A stretch of 64,000 nt of DNA from assembly GCA_049302185.1 (NCBI GenBank), contig JBAQLV010000010.1, positions 38,742 to 102,741 on the forward strand, written 5' to 3'. The DNA is from Thermodesulfovibrionales bacterium (GTDB taxonomy: Bacteria; Nitrospirota; Thermodesulfovibrionia; Thermodesulfovibrionales; UBA1546). Positions 30,251-38,685 of this stretch are shown piece by piece. The notes under the pieces are model-generated. The model was not told the DNA's origin. It did not search any database and was given only the letters and a program-made list of their open reading frames with translations. A program made the position numbers and the translations under genes. The number at the start of each line of letters is the position of its first letter. Position 1 is the first letter of the stretch.

Positions 30251-30865
30251 ATGATTGCAATTGTTGATTATGGAATGGGAAATTTAAGGAGCGTTGAAAA
30301 AGGCTTCCAAAAAGTCGGCGTTGACGCGCGCATTGTCACTGATGCCGTTTCCATTGATAATGCCGATGGAATAGTCCTTCCGGGTGTCGGAGCATTTATT
30401 GACTGCATAAAAAACCTCACTGACATGAAACTAACTGAGGCGATCATAAAATCAATCCAGAAAGGCAAGCCATATCTCGGCATCTGCCTCGGGCTTCAGG
30501 TGTTGTTTACAGAGTCAGAGGAATTCGGGGTATGCAAAGGCCTGAATGTTTTTAAAGGCAAGGTTGTAAGATTTCCCAAAATGGATTTAAAAGTTCCTCA
30601 CATGGGGTGGAATACGCTGAACATCAAAAATAAACCGCCGATATTTAATGGAATAGGGGGCAGTTCGTATTTTTATTTTGTGCACTCTTTTTATGTTGCG
30701 CCGGAAGATGAAGGCATAATCGCAGCTACGACAGACTACGGAATAAACTTTACATCAATGGTCTGGAAGGATAATGTCTTTGCTATGCAGTTCCATCCTG
30801 AAAAAAGTCAGGAACTCGGCTTGAAGATACTGAAGGGTTACGGAGATTTTGTAAAAAAGGCATGA
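30251..30865 (+). CDS. hisH: Imidazole glycerol phosphate synthase, glutamine amidotransferase subunit
   Basis: 204 aa with GICLGLQ nucleophile Cys and QFHPEKS. Confidence 0.93.
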   Translation: MIAIVDYGMGNLRSVEKGFQKVGVDARIVTDAVSIDNADGIVLPGVGAFIDCIKNLTDMKLTEAIIKSIQKGKPYLGICLGLQVLFTESEEFGVCKGLNVFKGKVVRFPKMDLKVPHMGWNTLNIKNKPPIFNGIGGSSYFYFVHSFYVAPEDEGIIAATTDYGINFTSMVWKDNVFAMQFHPEKSQELGLKILKGYGDFVKKA

Positions 30866-31100
30866 CATAGAAATACATGAGGTAATGCCTGTAAACAGGG
30901 ATTCCCTGCGAGAAATGATATTGGAGAAGATTTTGGAGTTACTTGGGAATGAGAGAAGACAAGTAAGGTAACGTATGCGTCACTGACGAGTGCCACTAAA
31001 TCATAAACAAATGCCTGAAACTAATTTGCACACCTTAACACAATGCAAGCTAAAAAAGCGTCCTGTGGCACTCGTTCATGTGCACGCAATGGTTAGCTTA

Positions 31101-31676
31101 TCATGTTATTTGAACCTCTCCGATATTCTCTGTGCATACTTCGAACTTTTTCTGAAGATCAAATGATGCTTCCAGTAATTTACGATATTCATTAATTGAA
31201 TTTATAAAAGTCCTTTTTAAAAGTGGAACATTAACCTTAAAAACCTTTTGTGTCACTTCTGAAACACATTCAGTCGCACCATCAGAATCATCAATGTGAA
31301 ACTCATAAATTTCCTGCCCTTTCTTTTTTCTTGTTGATAACCGATAGCCATGTGCGAGTGCGTGGCGAAATTGAGCCAGGGCATCGGCTTTATCACTTGG
31401 CAAACCTGTAACGTTCTCCAAGAAGGAAATTAATTCCTTGCTCTCTGCTTGATAGTTACCTGACCACATCTTAGCCAATAACTCGAATCCAACCATTATG
31501 CCCAAACATGCAAGCAAGGGTGCTTTTACTGACCCGTTTCTATTTTCATGCCCGTATAGGAGTTCCAAATCCCTCCGAAGTAAATAGAGGAAAGGTGTTC
31601 GATGATCTGGCAAAGGGTGAGAAGGAGCAGTAAAAACTCGCGCTATTTTTGTTTGAACATTTTTGCTAAACAGCAT
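31101..31676 (-). CDS. Hypothetical protein with a HEPN-like R-x4-H motif
   Basis: 191 aa, all-helical appearance, FRHALAHGY at residues 103-111 (nt 31344-31370). AT-rich. No other recognisable motif. Confidence 0.35.
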   Translation of the reverse strand: MLFSKNVQTKIARVFTAPSHPLPDHRTPFLYLLRRDLELLYGHENRNGSVKAPLLACLGIMVGFELLAKMWSGNYQAESKELISFLENVTGLPSDKADALAQFRHALAHGYRLSTRKKKGQEIYEFHIDDSDGATECVSEVTQKVFKVNVPLLKRTFINSINEYRKLLEASFDLQKKFEVCTENIGEVQIT

Positions 31677-31984
31677 ATATCCTTATTGCCTCTCCAAACA
31701 ATTTAGTTAATGTCGTGGCTGTTTATTGATCTTTATCAGTTTTTTCGTTATTATTCTCGGTGCCGTTATTTTCTTTAATGCCGTGACCTGCCGTAATTTC
31801 ATTTATATTACATGAATCCCTTGATATATCTGAGAACATCATATGGCACTGGAAAAGCAACGCCGTCTTGAGTTGCCTGCTTAACTATATCGTGCCAGCT
31901 TCCGCCAAAAGTCTTCGCAACGCGCTCTGTCACCTTCACACTATTCGCAATCTCAACTACAACTAGGGGAATAATTAGGGGAAT

Positions 31985-32743
31985 AATTAGGGACACATCC
32001 CATAATTTTCTTTTACTTTTTTTTCTTCCTCGGTCTTCCGGGAGATTTCAGTATAAATCTCCTTTCAAGCTTCTTTTCCATTTTCTTTATGAACTCTTCG
32101 CTGCCCAACGGTCTCCCCGTTCTCGTATGATACCTTATACCGTTTATCTCTTTCTCCGCAATACCTGATTTAATAAGTTTTCTGTAGTCCTTCCTCTGCC
32201 TTGCTTCAAACAATTCCTCTTCCAATATCTCATTCACTATGCCATTTATGTGAGCATTTGCACTTGAATATGTAAAGTCCTCTGCCTTTTTCACTATCCG
32301 TGCTCTTACAGGGTTCTGTTCAATGTATCTTGCCACAGCCCACAAATACTTATCCTTATCTACTATGCAGGAATGATATCTGCTTTCCCATAATCTGCCT
32401 GTCCGTTGGTATTTTCTATTTATATGCTGCGTGTAACACAGCGTTACTCCCTGCATCATCTTATATAAGGATTCTTCACTTTTTGGCCGTGTCAATAGGT
32501 GGATATGGTTGCTCATAAGACAATAGGCAAGGATTGGTGAATCCCATTTGTCTGAATATTTCTTAAGTAATTCCAAATATTTCTTTCTGTCTTCACCTTT
32601 AAAAAAGACCTTTTCTCTGTTATTGCCTCTCTGGACTACATGATGGAAAAAACCCGTTGCAACTGCTCTCGCTATTCTTGGCATGAGAAGATTTTAGATT
32701 ATAGCTGCTCTTTTGTCAAATAATAGGGGATGTGTCCCTAATT
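31985..32743 (-). mobile_element. RAYT/IS200-like unit: Y1 transposase gene bracketed by perfect 17-bp inverted repeats
   Basis: AATTAGGGACACATCCC at 31985-32001 and its exact reverse complement at 32727-32743. Subterminal 12-bp direct repeats lie on both outer flanks. Confidence 0.75.
32013..32684 (-). CDS. REP-associated tyrosine transposase (Y1 / IS200-like family)
   Basis: 223 aa with HHVVQRGNNRE, CLMSNHIHLL (HUH motif) and a conserved Tyr region YIEQNPVRA. Confidence 0.8.
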   Translation of the reverse strand: MPRIARAVATGFFHHVVQRGNNREKVFFKGEDRKKYLELLKKYSDKWDSPILAYCLMSNHIHLLTRPKSEESLYKMMQGVTLCYTQHINRKYQRTGRLWESRYHSCIVDKDKYLWAVARYIEQNPVRARIVKKAEDFTYSSANAHINGIVNEILEEELFEARQRKDYRKLIKSGIAEKEINGIRYHTRTGRPLGSEEFIKKMEKKLERRFILKSPGRPRKKKK

Positions 32744-32972
32744 TTCCAATTTTCCACCTCCCTAATTTTCCATAATTTTCCATTGTCCTAAAATTGTCCC
32801 TAAAATTGTCCCTAAAGCCGGATACAAGCCCAATGACATATGCATTTAGTCCAGCAGTCTCTGATGCAACGGGCTTCGATATATCTGTGATTTGTTTTTT
32901 ACTGTTTTCATCTGCATAGGAAAATATTGTGGTAGAAGACAATAAGAATATAACTGCTATAAAAAGTTTCAT
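32694..32972 (-). CDS. Hypothetical small secreted protein whose 3' half runs into the RAYT flanking repeats
   Basis: Signal-like MKLFIAVIFLLSSTTIFSYA. The C-terminal FRDNFRDNFRTMENYGKLGRWKIGKLG is a translation of the 12-bp repeats. Possibly disrupted. Confidence 0.3.
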   Translation of the reverse strand: MKLFIAVIFLLSSTTIFSYADENSKKQITDISKPVASETAGLNAYVIGLVSGFRDNFRDNFRTMENYGKLGRWKIGKLGTHPLLFDKRAAII

Positions 32973-33047
32973 TCCGTGATTCCCCTTTGCTCTTATCAGT
33001 AAAAAGAGCATATCTTATCGGCTAAAGTTCGATAGCACTTTGTATGT

Positions 33048-33695
33048 TTATTTATGATCAACTATATTTTCTTCTATAAGTTTATAAACAATGTTTTCTG
33101 CAAGCGTGTTAGCTATAGCAGACAAATCCACTGTTGATAGACCTAAATTATCTTTTGAGTATGCTGTTGCTGTCCATACAATTTTCAACTTTTCGCTCTC
33201 AAATGAAGCTTTGACATCAACTAAAAGAATATTAAACGTGACAGTCGTCTGGAATACATTAAAGCCTGGTGATTGTGATGTCTGGCTCTGATATGTCATT
33301 GTGTTACCCATAACCATACCGCTACCCATAGTTGATGAACTTGGGGGAATGTATAAACTGTTGGTATTGGCATTTAATGCTTTTAATATTATTGCTCCAT
33401 CTATATTGTTGTCAATTAATTTACGATTTAAATCTGAATTGCTATAATCAGTTACTGGTGGGAAAAGCTTCAAGCTAGAAACTGCTTTTATACTTGACTG
33501 AGAAAAATGCTCTACAAAAGCATCTTCAAACACTGCTCTTAGAGCAATATCAGATTCTGGTATAAAGATTATTAGATTTTTATATTTATTGTGAGAAAAC
33601 TCTTCATTCCTAACTGAATATAAAGAAGTTCCTGCACACGCTGTTAGATGTAATAGCGAAAAGAATAAAATTACACACTTCTTCACATTTTTCAT
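33048..33695 (-). CDS. Putative lipoprotein
   Basis: 215 aa with a signal peptide and lipobox LHLTAC. AT-rich, no recognisable catalytic motif. Confidence 0.55.
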   Translation of the reverse strand: MKNVKKCVILFFSLLHLTACAGTSLYSVRNEEFSHNKYKNLIIFIPESDIALRAVFEDAFVEHFSQSSIKAVSSLKLFPPVTDYSNSDLNRKLIDNNIDGAIILKALNANTNSLYIPPSSSTMGSGMVMGNTMTYQSQTSQSPGFNVFQTTVTFNILLVDVKASFESEKLKIVWTATAYSKDNLGLSTVDLSAIANTLAENIVYKLIEENIVDHK

Positions 33696-33850
33696 TTTTC
33701 TATTTCAGACTCTCTTGCCTAACATTGTATTTTATGTCTCATGCGTCTTTTTGTTATAATTTTAGGTAAATTTAATAGGTGTGTCAAGAAAAATCGCGGT
33801 GGATGCCTATTTAACTAATTGAAAAATAAGGAAATTAATTTTTTGTTGTA

Positions 33851-33874
33851 AATTATATCGCATGCGATATAATT
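33851..33874. other. Perfect 24-bp palindrome AATTATATCGCATGCGATATAATT
   Basis: Verified by reverse-complementing. It lies 10 bp beyond the folK stop, in the spacer facing the lipoprotein gene promoter region. Confidence 0.9.
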
Positions 33875-33884
33875 AATGAATTAA

Positions 33885-34343
33885 TTATGCGTTCAGGTTT
33901 TTAAGCATTTGCTTGACAGTTTTCTTTATCACAGGATGTTTTTTGTCTGGGGCAATCTCGCAAAGGGGCTTTAAGACAAAAGCCCGTTCATGCATATAAG
34001 GATGGGGAATTTCCAAGTCTTGAGTCTTTAAAATCAGGTCGTCATAAAAGAGAATATCTAAATCAATAACACGCGGCCCCCATTTGACAGTCTCTGTCCG
34101 CCCAATCTCTTTCTCTGTCTCTTCCAGAACTCTGAGAAGCTCTTCAGGTTTTTTATCCGTCTCTGCTTCAATTGCCATGTTGATAAACTTTGGCTGGTCT
34201 TTGACTCCCCACGGTTCTGTCTCATACATGCGCGATTGTTTCCTAACAACAATCCCGTTTTTCTCAATCAGCTTTATTGCTTGTCGGCAGTTCTCTTCCC
34301 TGTCTCCGAGATTTGAACCTATGCTGATGTAAGCGATTGCCAT
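33885..34343 (-). CDS. folK: 2-amino-4-hydroxy-6-hydroxymethyldihydropteridine diphosphokinase
   Basis: 152 aa with YISIGSNLGD, ETEPWG and RVIDLDIL. Confidence 0.92.
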   Translation of the reverse strand: MAIAYISIGSNLGDREENCRQAIKLIEKNGIVVRKQSRMYETEPWGVKDQPKFINMAIEAETDKKPEELLRVLEETEKEIGRTETVKWGPRVIDLDILFYDDLILKTQDLEIPHPYMHERAFVLKPLCEIAPDKKHPVIKKTVKQMLKNLNA

Positions 34344-34346
34344 AAA

Positions 34347-34417
34347 AGTGTCAGTGTCAGTTATCAGTGCGAGTGAATTATTTTACAGACACTAACCACT
34401 GACACTAATCACTGATT
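34347..34417. repeat. Inverted pair of hexa/heptamer arrays (AGTGTC/AGTTATC/AGTGAAT versus CACTAAC/CACTGAC/ACTAATC)
   Basis: It fills the folK-start to dapL-stop spacer and encodes the last 8 residues of the aminotransferase (KSVISVSG). Confidence 0.85.
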
Positions 34418-35570
34418 TAATCCTCTCAACCGTCTCTTTTATCTTCTCCACAGGCACTGTGAGCGCAAACCTGACATATCCTTCTCCTGGCGCTCCGAAA
34501 CCATTTCCGGGTGTTGCGAGCACCCCTGCCTTATTAAGAAGATGAGCAACAAAACCTGAAGAATCAAATCCTGAAGGCACTTTCGCCCAGAGATAGAATG
34601 TTGCCTTTGGTTTTATCAGATTAAAGCCAATGCCCTTTAAACCATTGTAAAGCGCATCTCTTCTGTCCTGATATGTTTTCCTGATGTCTGAGAGGATGGA
34701 ATCATCAGTATTGAATGCAGCAATGGCTGCCTCCTGAATTGCCTGAAACACACCTGAATCAAGGTTTGACTTTATCTTTCCGAGTCCTGCAATAACATCT
34801 TTATTGCCGGCAGCAAAACCGATTCTCCAGCCGGTCATGTTGTAAGTTTTTGAGAGTGAATGAAACTCTATGCCGACATCCTTTGCTCCTTCTATTTCAA
34901 GAAAGCTTATTGGCTTTTCATTGTCATAATAAACCTCTGAATACGCCGCATCATGGCATATTATGATGTTGTATTTTTTCGCAAGGCTTATCGCCTCTTT
35001 GTAAAATCCTGCGTCTGCTGTTGCAGACGTTGGGTTGTTAGGATAGTTTATGAACATGAGTTTTGCTTTTTTTAATATGTCCTCAGGAATTATTTTAAAA
35101 TCAGGGAGAAATCCGTTTTCTCCTTTTAGCGGCATTATGTAACTTTCACCGCCTGCAAACAATGTTCCCACAGGATACACAGGATAGCCCGGAGACGAAA
35201 CAAGAACAACATCGCCGGGATTTATGAATGCAAGAGGAATGTGTCCTATGCCTTCTTTAGAGCCGATAAGAGATAATACTTCTGTCTTTGGATCTAATGA
35301 GACATTGAATCTTTTTTTATACCACACTGCAACTGCATCTCTGTAAGAAAGCATTCCTTCATAAGAAGGATAGCGGTGATGAGCAGGATTTTCTACTGCC
35401 TTTTTCATAGCATTAACTATGTGTGCTGGAGTCGGAATGTCGGGGTCACCGATGCTCAAGTCTATAAGATCAATACCTTTTGCGAGAGCGTCCTGCTTCA
35501 TTTTATCTATTGCCGCAAAGAGATACGGCGGTAGGTTTTTTACCCTGTTGGATAACTGAACGGATATCAT
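34392..35570 (-). CDS. dapL: LL-diaminopimelate aminotransferase-type class I/II aminotransferase
   Basis: 392 aa with NLPPYLFAAIDK...IDLSIGDPDIPTP at the N-terminus and SLSKTYNMTGWRIG for the PLP lysine. Confidence 0.8.
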   Translation of the reverse strand: MISVQLSNRVKNLPPYLFAAIDKMKQDALAKGIDLIDLSIGDPDIPTPAHIVNAMKKAVENPAHHRYPSYEGMLSYRDAVAVWYKKRFNVSLDPKTEVLSLIGSKEGIGHIPLAFINPGDVVLVSSPGYPVYPVGTLFAGGESYIMPLKGENGFLPDFKIIPEDILKKAKLMFINYPNNPTSATADAGFYKEAISLAKKYNIIICHDAAYSEVYYDNEKPISFLEIEGAKDVGIEFHSLSKTYNMTGWRIGFAAGNKDVIAGLGKIKSNLDSGVFQAIQEAAIAAFNTDDSILSDIRKTYQDRRDALYNGLKGIGFNLIKPKATFYLWAKVPSGFDSSGFVAHLLNKAGVLATPGNGFGAPGEGYVRFALTVPVEKIKETVERIKSVISVSG

Positions 35571-35684
35571 TAATTCAAAAACTCCTTCCTGATTAATTTT
35601 TCCTGTTTATTATATACGATAAAAGTTATGAAGTAAACTTGACATGAAACACGCAAACAATTAAAATTACAAAAGGGCGGATAT

Positions 35685-36689
35685 ATGGATAATAACCAAT
35701 GGGAATTATATTTTGATGCTGTAAAGAACAAGAACTGGCAAAAGGCTGTGGATTCGCTTAACGCTATCCTGAAAACTAAGCCAAAAAATCCGAAGGTTCA
35801 TCTGAAGATCGGAGATGTCTTTCAGAAAAAAGGAGATATCAGGCGCGCTGTGTCGGCCTATCAGCAGTCCGCATGGCTTTTGATGAAAGACGGCTTCATG
35901 CAAAAGTCGCTTGCTGTTTTTAAGGTGATACTCAGGCTTGACCCGAATAATGCTGAGGCAATCAAGAGCGCCAAAGAGCTTATGATGGAGATTGAAGGCG
36001 CAAAAATAAAACCCGCTGAAGAGCTTTCTCTGCCTCCGCCTGTGGTTGAAGAGAAACCCGCTGAAGAGGCCGCTGCTGAATCTTATTTTACAGCAGGAGC
36101 AGAATTTGAACCGGAGAAAGAGCATGATATTTCTGTTGAGCCTCCTGCTGAAATGGATTTTATTGAACGGACATCATTTTACGGGGAATCTACGGAGACT
36201 ACGTCTATTCCTGAAGTGAAAGGAGAGGAAAAGATTGCTGTTCAACCTGAAGCAGAGGTGGAAGAGCCTGATTTGCGTATTCCGTTTCTGTCATCCCTTC
36301 CTGAAGATGAAATAAAACAGATAACCGAGAGGCTTAAAGCGCAGTCATTTTTGCCGGGGCAGAAGGTTGTTGAAGAGGGAGATTTCGGTGATTCTATATT
36401 TGTCATAACATCAGGCGAGGCTAAAGTCGTTGCGCATATACTCGGCACTGAAATAGAGCTTGCAACCCTGTCTGTTGGTGATGTATTCGGCGAAATGGCG
36501 TTTCTTACAGGAAGGCCGAGAACTGCTTCTGTCATTGCAGTTGATGAGCTTAGAGTAATGGAATTTAACAGGCTGATTCTTGAAGAGATACTTGAGAAAT
36601 ACCCTGAAATCCTGAAAAAATTAGAGGACTTCTACCAATCCCACCTTGAGGATACCCTTAGCAAGGTAAGAACGAAGATAAAAAAATAG
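35685..36689 (+). CDS. TPR plus cyclic-nucleotide-binding domain protein
   Basis: 334 aa with N-terminal TPR repeats, an acidic linker and a C-terminal cNMP-binding beta-roll (FGEMAFLTGRPRTASV). Confidence 0.8.
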   Translation: MDNNQWELYFDAVKNKNWQKAVDSLNAILKTKPKNPKVHLKIGDVFQKKGDIRRAVSAYQQSAWLLMKDGFMQKSLAVFKVILRLDPNNAEAIKSAKELMMEIEGAKIKPAEELSLPPPVVEEKPAEEAAAESYFTAGAEFEPEKEHDISVEPPAEMDFIERTSFYGESTETTSIPEVKGEEKIAVQPEAEVEEPDLRIPFLSSLPEDEIKQITERLKAQSFLPGQKVVEEGDFGDSIFVITSGEAKVVAHILGTEIELATLSVGDVFGEMAFLTGRPRTASVIAVDELRVMEFNRLILEEILEKYPEILKKLEDFYQSHLEDTLSKVRTKIKK

Positions 36690-36719
36690 GGCGCTAAAAA
36701 TATTTAGCGCCCTATTTTT
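36687..36719. terminator. Bidirectional intrinsic terminator
   Basis: Stem TAGGGCGCTAAA / TTTAGCGCCCTA flanked by an A-run and a T-run, between convergent genes. Confidence 0.75.
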
Positions 36720-36730
36720 GAGAAATAATA

Positions 36731-37156
36731 TTATTTCTTCTTTTCTGCCGGCTTTGCTGGCTCAGTTTTCATAGGCTCTGCCTTCTTTTCCATCTTTGCT
36801 GCTGCTTTCTTTACTACTGACTTTGCAGTGTTTTTGCCGTCTGCTGTGGTGTATTTTGCTGTTACTTTGTCGCCAGCCTTTACATCTGCAAGTGTTTTGT
36901 CGTCAACGGCTATGACAACATCAGCTTTTTTACCTTTTACGGTAATTGTTTTTGCTGCTGCATCAACTGCTGCAACTTCACCGCTTACTGACATTACCTT
37001 TGTTGCAGCCTTTGCTGGTTCAGCCTTCTTCTCAGCAGGAGCAGGAGCAGCTTCCTTCTTTGCAGGAGCAGCCTTCTTCTCCTCTGCTGCGATAGAGACT
37101 GAAGCAACTGCAAATACAAAGAGTACTGCAACGATAAGAGCTATTATCTTCTTCAT
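36731..37156 (-). CDS. Secreted Ala/Lys/Pro-rich protein with a small beta domain
   Basis: I place the start at MKKIIALIV (ATG 37154-37156), behind the AGGGAGGTGA RBS, rather than at the track start 37204. It has a signal peptide and sits downstream of a sigma-54 promoter. Confidence 0.6.
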   Translation of the reverse strand: MKKIIALIVAVLFVFAVASVSIAAEEKKAAPAKKEAAPAPAEKKAEPAKAATKVMSVSGEVAAVDAAAKTITVKGKKADVVIAVDDKTLADVKAGDKVTAKYTTADGKNTAKSVVKKAAAKMEKKAEPMKTEPAKPAEKKK

Positions 37157-37200
37157 AGATTCACCTCCCTTCAATTGAAATATACTGAAAATAGTTAGAA

Positions 37201-37215
37201 GCAATAACTATGCCA
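37201..37215 (-). promoter_or_regulatory. Sigma-54 (-24/-12) promoter TGGCAT-N5-TTGCT
   Basis: The minus strand reads tggcatagttattgc, with 44 nt between the -12 element and the ATG. It lies directly downstream of a sigma-54 enhancer-binding regulator gene. Confidence 0.6.
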
Positions 37216-37266
37216 TGCAGGAAAACATTGAAATGACAGGCTGTTTATGGAAAATTTTCTCCTCTA

Positions 37267-38646
37267 TTAAGAAGGGTTATCCTTTTTTGGGGAGGTATTG
37301 CTGTCGAGTTTTTCCCACCTGTACCAGAAGGTTTTATAACTCATCCCGAGCAGCCTTGCTGCCTTTGCGGCAACATTATTTGCCTTAGACATGGCTTTTT
37401 TCAGAAGTTCATTTTCAAATTCCTCAAAATTTATCCCTTCATCCGGGATATCAATGCTCAGAATGCCGCACGGCTGGGATAACTTTAGTTCGCTCTTTAT
37501 ATCTTTGAGCGTTATTACGTTAGAGTCGCACATTAGAACAGCCTTTTCTATTACAGATTCAAGCTGTCTTATATTGCCGGGCCAGTGGTATTCTGCAAGG
37601 GCTTTCATTGCGCTGTTTTCCGAGTCTTTGATTCTCTTGCCGAATTCCTGATTGTATTTCCTGATAAAAAAATCTGTCAATACAGGTATGTCTTCCTTTC
37701 TTTCACGCAAAGGCGGAAGCTCAATGGTCACTACTTTGAGCCTGTAGTATAGGTCTTCCCTGAAGGCTCCTTTTTGCATTTCTTTTTCTATATCCTTATT
37801 TGTTGCGGCAATAATTCTGACGTCTACTTTTATGGCATCCCTTCCGCCAAGACGCCTTACTTCTTTTTCCTGAAGAACGCGCAGTATTTTTGACTGGGTT
37901 ATCTGTGGCAGATCTCCGACCTCATCAAGAAAAAGTGTGCCGCCTGTTGTTGCTTCAAAAAGTCCTGTCTGTCTTGATGCAGCGCCTGTAAATGCTCCTG
38001 CCTCATAGCCGAACAATTCGCTCTCAAGCAGGGTTTCAGGTATTGCAGCGCAGTTGATTGCAGTAAATGGTTTTATGCGTCTCGGGCTGTTGTAGTGTAT
38101 TGCCTTTGCGGCAAGCTCCTTGCCTGTTCCGCTCTCGCCGAGTATAAGCACAGTGGCAGCGCTTGAAGATACTTTTTTCATAATCTCCACTGCCTCTGTC
38201 ATTTTTTTTGAATTGCCTATGATGCCTTCTATTTTGAACCTGTCAAATAAAGCCTTATGCAGCTGCTGATTTTCTTTAAGCAGTTCAGTTCTTTCAAGCG
38301 CCCTTTTAACTGTAAGCAGGACTATGTCTTTATCAAGCGGTTTGGTCAGGTAGTCAAAAGCGCCTTTTTTCATAGCCTCAACCGCTGATGAAACGGTCCC
38401 GTAGGCGGTCATAATAATCACGGCAGGCGCGATCTCATCTTTTCGCACTTCTCCAAGAAGTTCTACACCGTTCATACCGCCAAGCTTTAGGTCAGTGAGG
38501 ATTATATCAGGGTTAAATTCCCTTGAAATCTTTACGGCATCTTCACCGGAAGACGCTGTATGAATCTCATAACCGCAGTCTTCAAGTATTGTTTTAAGGA
38601 TGTCTCTCTGGAGAGGCTCATCATCAACTACAAGTATGCCCGGCAT
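37267..38646 (-). CDS. Sigma-54-dependent response regulator (NtrC/AtoC family)
   Basis: 459 aa with a receiver domain (DLKLGGMNG), an AAA+ domain with GESGTGKE and the GAFTGA loop, and a C-terminal HTH. Confidence 0.93.
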   Translation of the reverse strand: MPGILVVDDEPLQRDILKTILEDCGYEIHTASSGEDAVKISREFNPDIILTDLKLGGMNGVELLGEVRKDEIAPAVIIMTAYGTVSSAVEAMKKGAFDYLTKPLDKDIVLLTVKRALERTELLKENQQLHKALFDRFKIEGIIGNSKKMTEAVEIMKKVSSSAATVLILGESGTGKELAAKAIHYNSPRRIKPFTAINCAAIPETLLESELFGYEAGAFTGAASRQTGLFEATTGGTLFLDEVGDLPQITQSKILRVLQEKEVRRLGGRDAIKVDVRIIAATNKDIEKEMQKGAFREDLYYRLKVVTIELPPLRERKEDIPVLTDFFIRKYNQEFGKRIKDSENSAMKALAEYHWPGNIRQLESVIEKAVLMCDSNVITLKDIKSELKLSQPCGILSIDIPDEGINFEEFENELLKKAMSKANNVAAKAARLLGMSYKTFWYRWEKLDSNTSPKKDNPS

Positions 38647-38685
38647 TTATTCTCCTCTATTTAGTGAACAGTTTTTTACTAACGA

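Noticed and set aside
30072-30260. 62-aa minus-strand ORF and a possible structured RNA in the 330-bp gap upstream of hisH.
   Set aside because: The ORF has no RBS or motif and overlaps the hisH start. I could not draw a convincing conserved fold or match it to any RNA family from memory, so it is left unannotated.
30981-31075. Possible hammerhead ribozyme: CUGACGAG followed by a 7-bp helix.
   Set aside because: After the putative helix II, the sequence reads TCGTTCATG instead of the obligatory GAAA core, and no helix III or cleavage-site triplet can be drawn. The CTGATGAG at about 3510-3517 likewise lacks a matching core.
32744-32830. Short direct repeats (12-bp units), and the heptamer arrays elsewhere, considered as possible CRISPR arrays.
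   Set aside because: The units are contiguous with no unique spacers and are far shorter than CRISPR repeats. No cas genes are present in the window.
37157-37204. Upstream extension of the Ala/Lys-rich protein ORF (MLLTIFSIFQLKGGES).
   Set aside because: A strong RBS (AGGGAGGTGA) lies inside it, immediately before the MKKII start, and the sigma-54 -12 element overlaps the alternative ATG.
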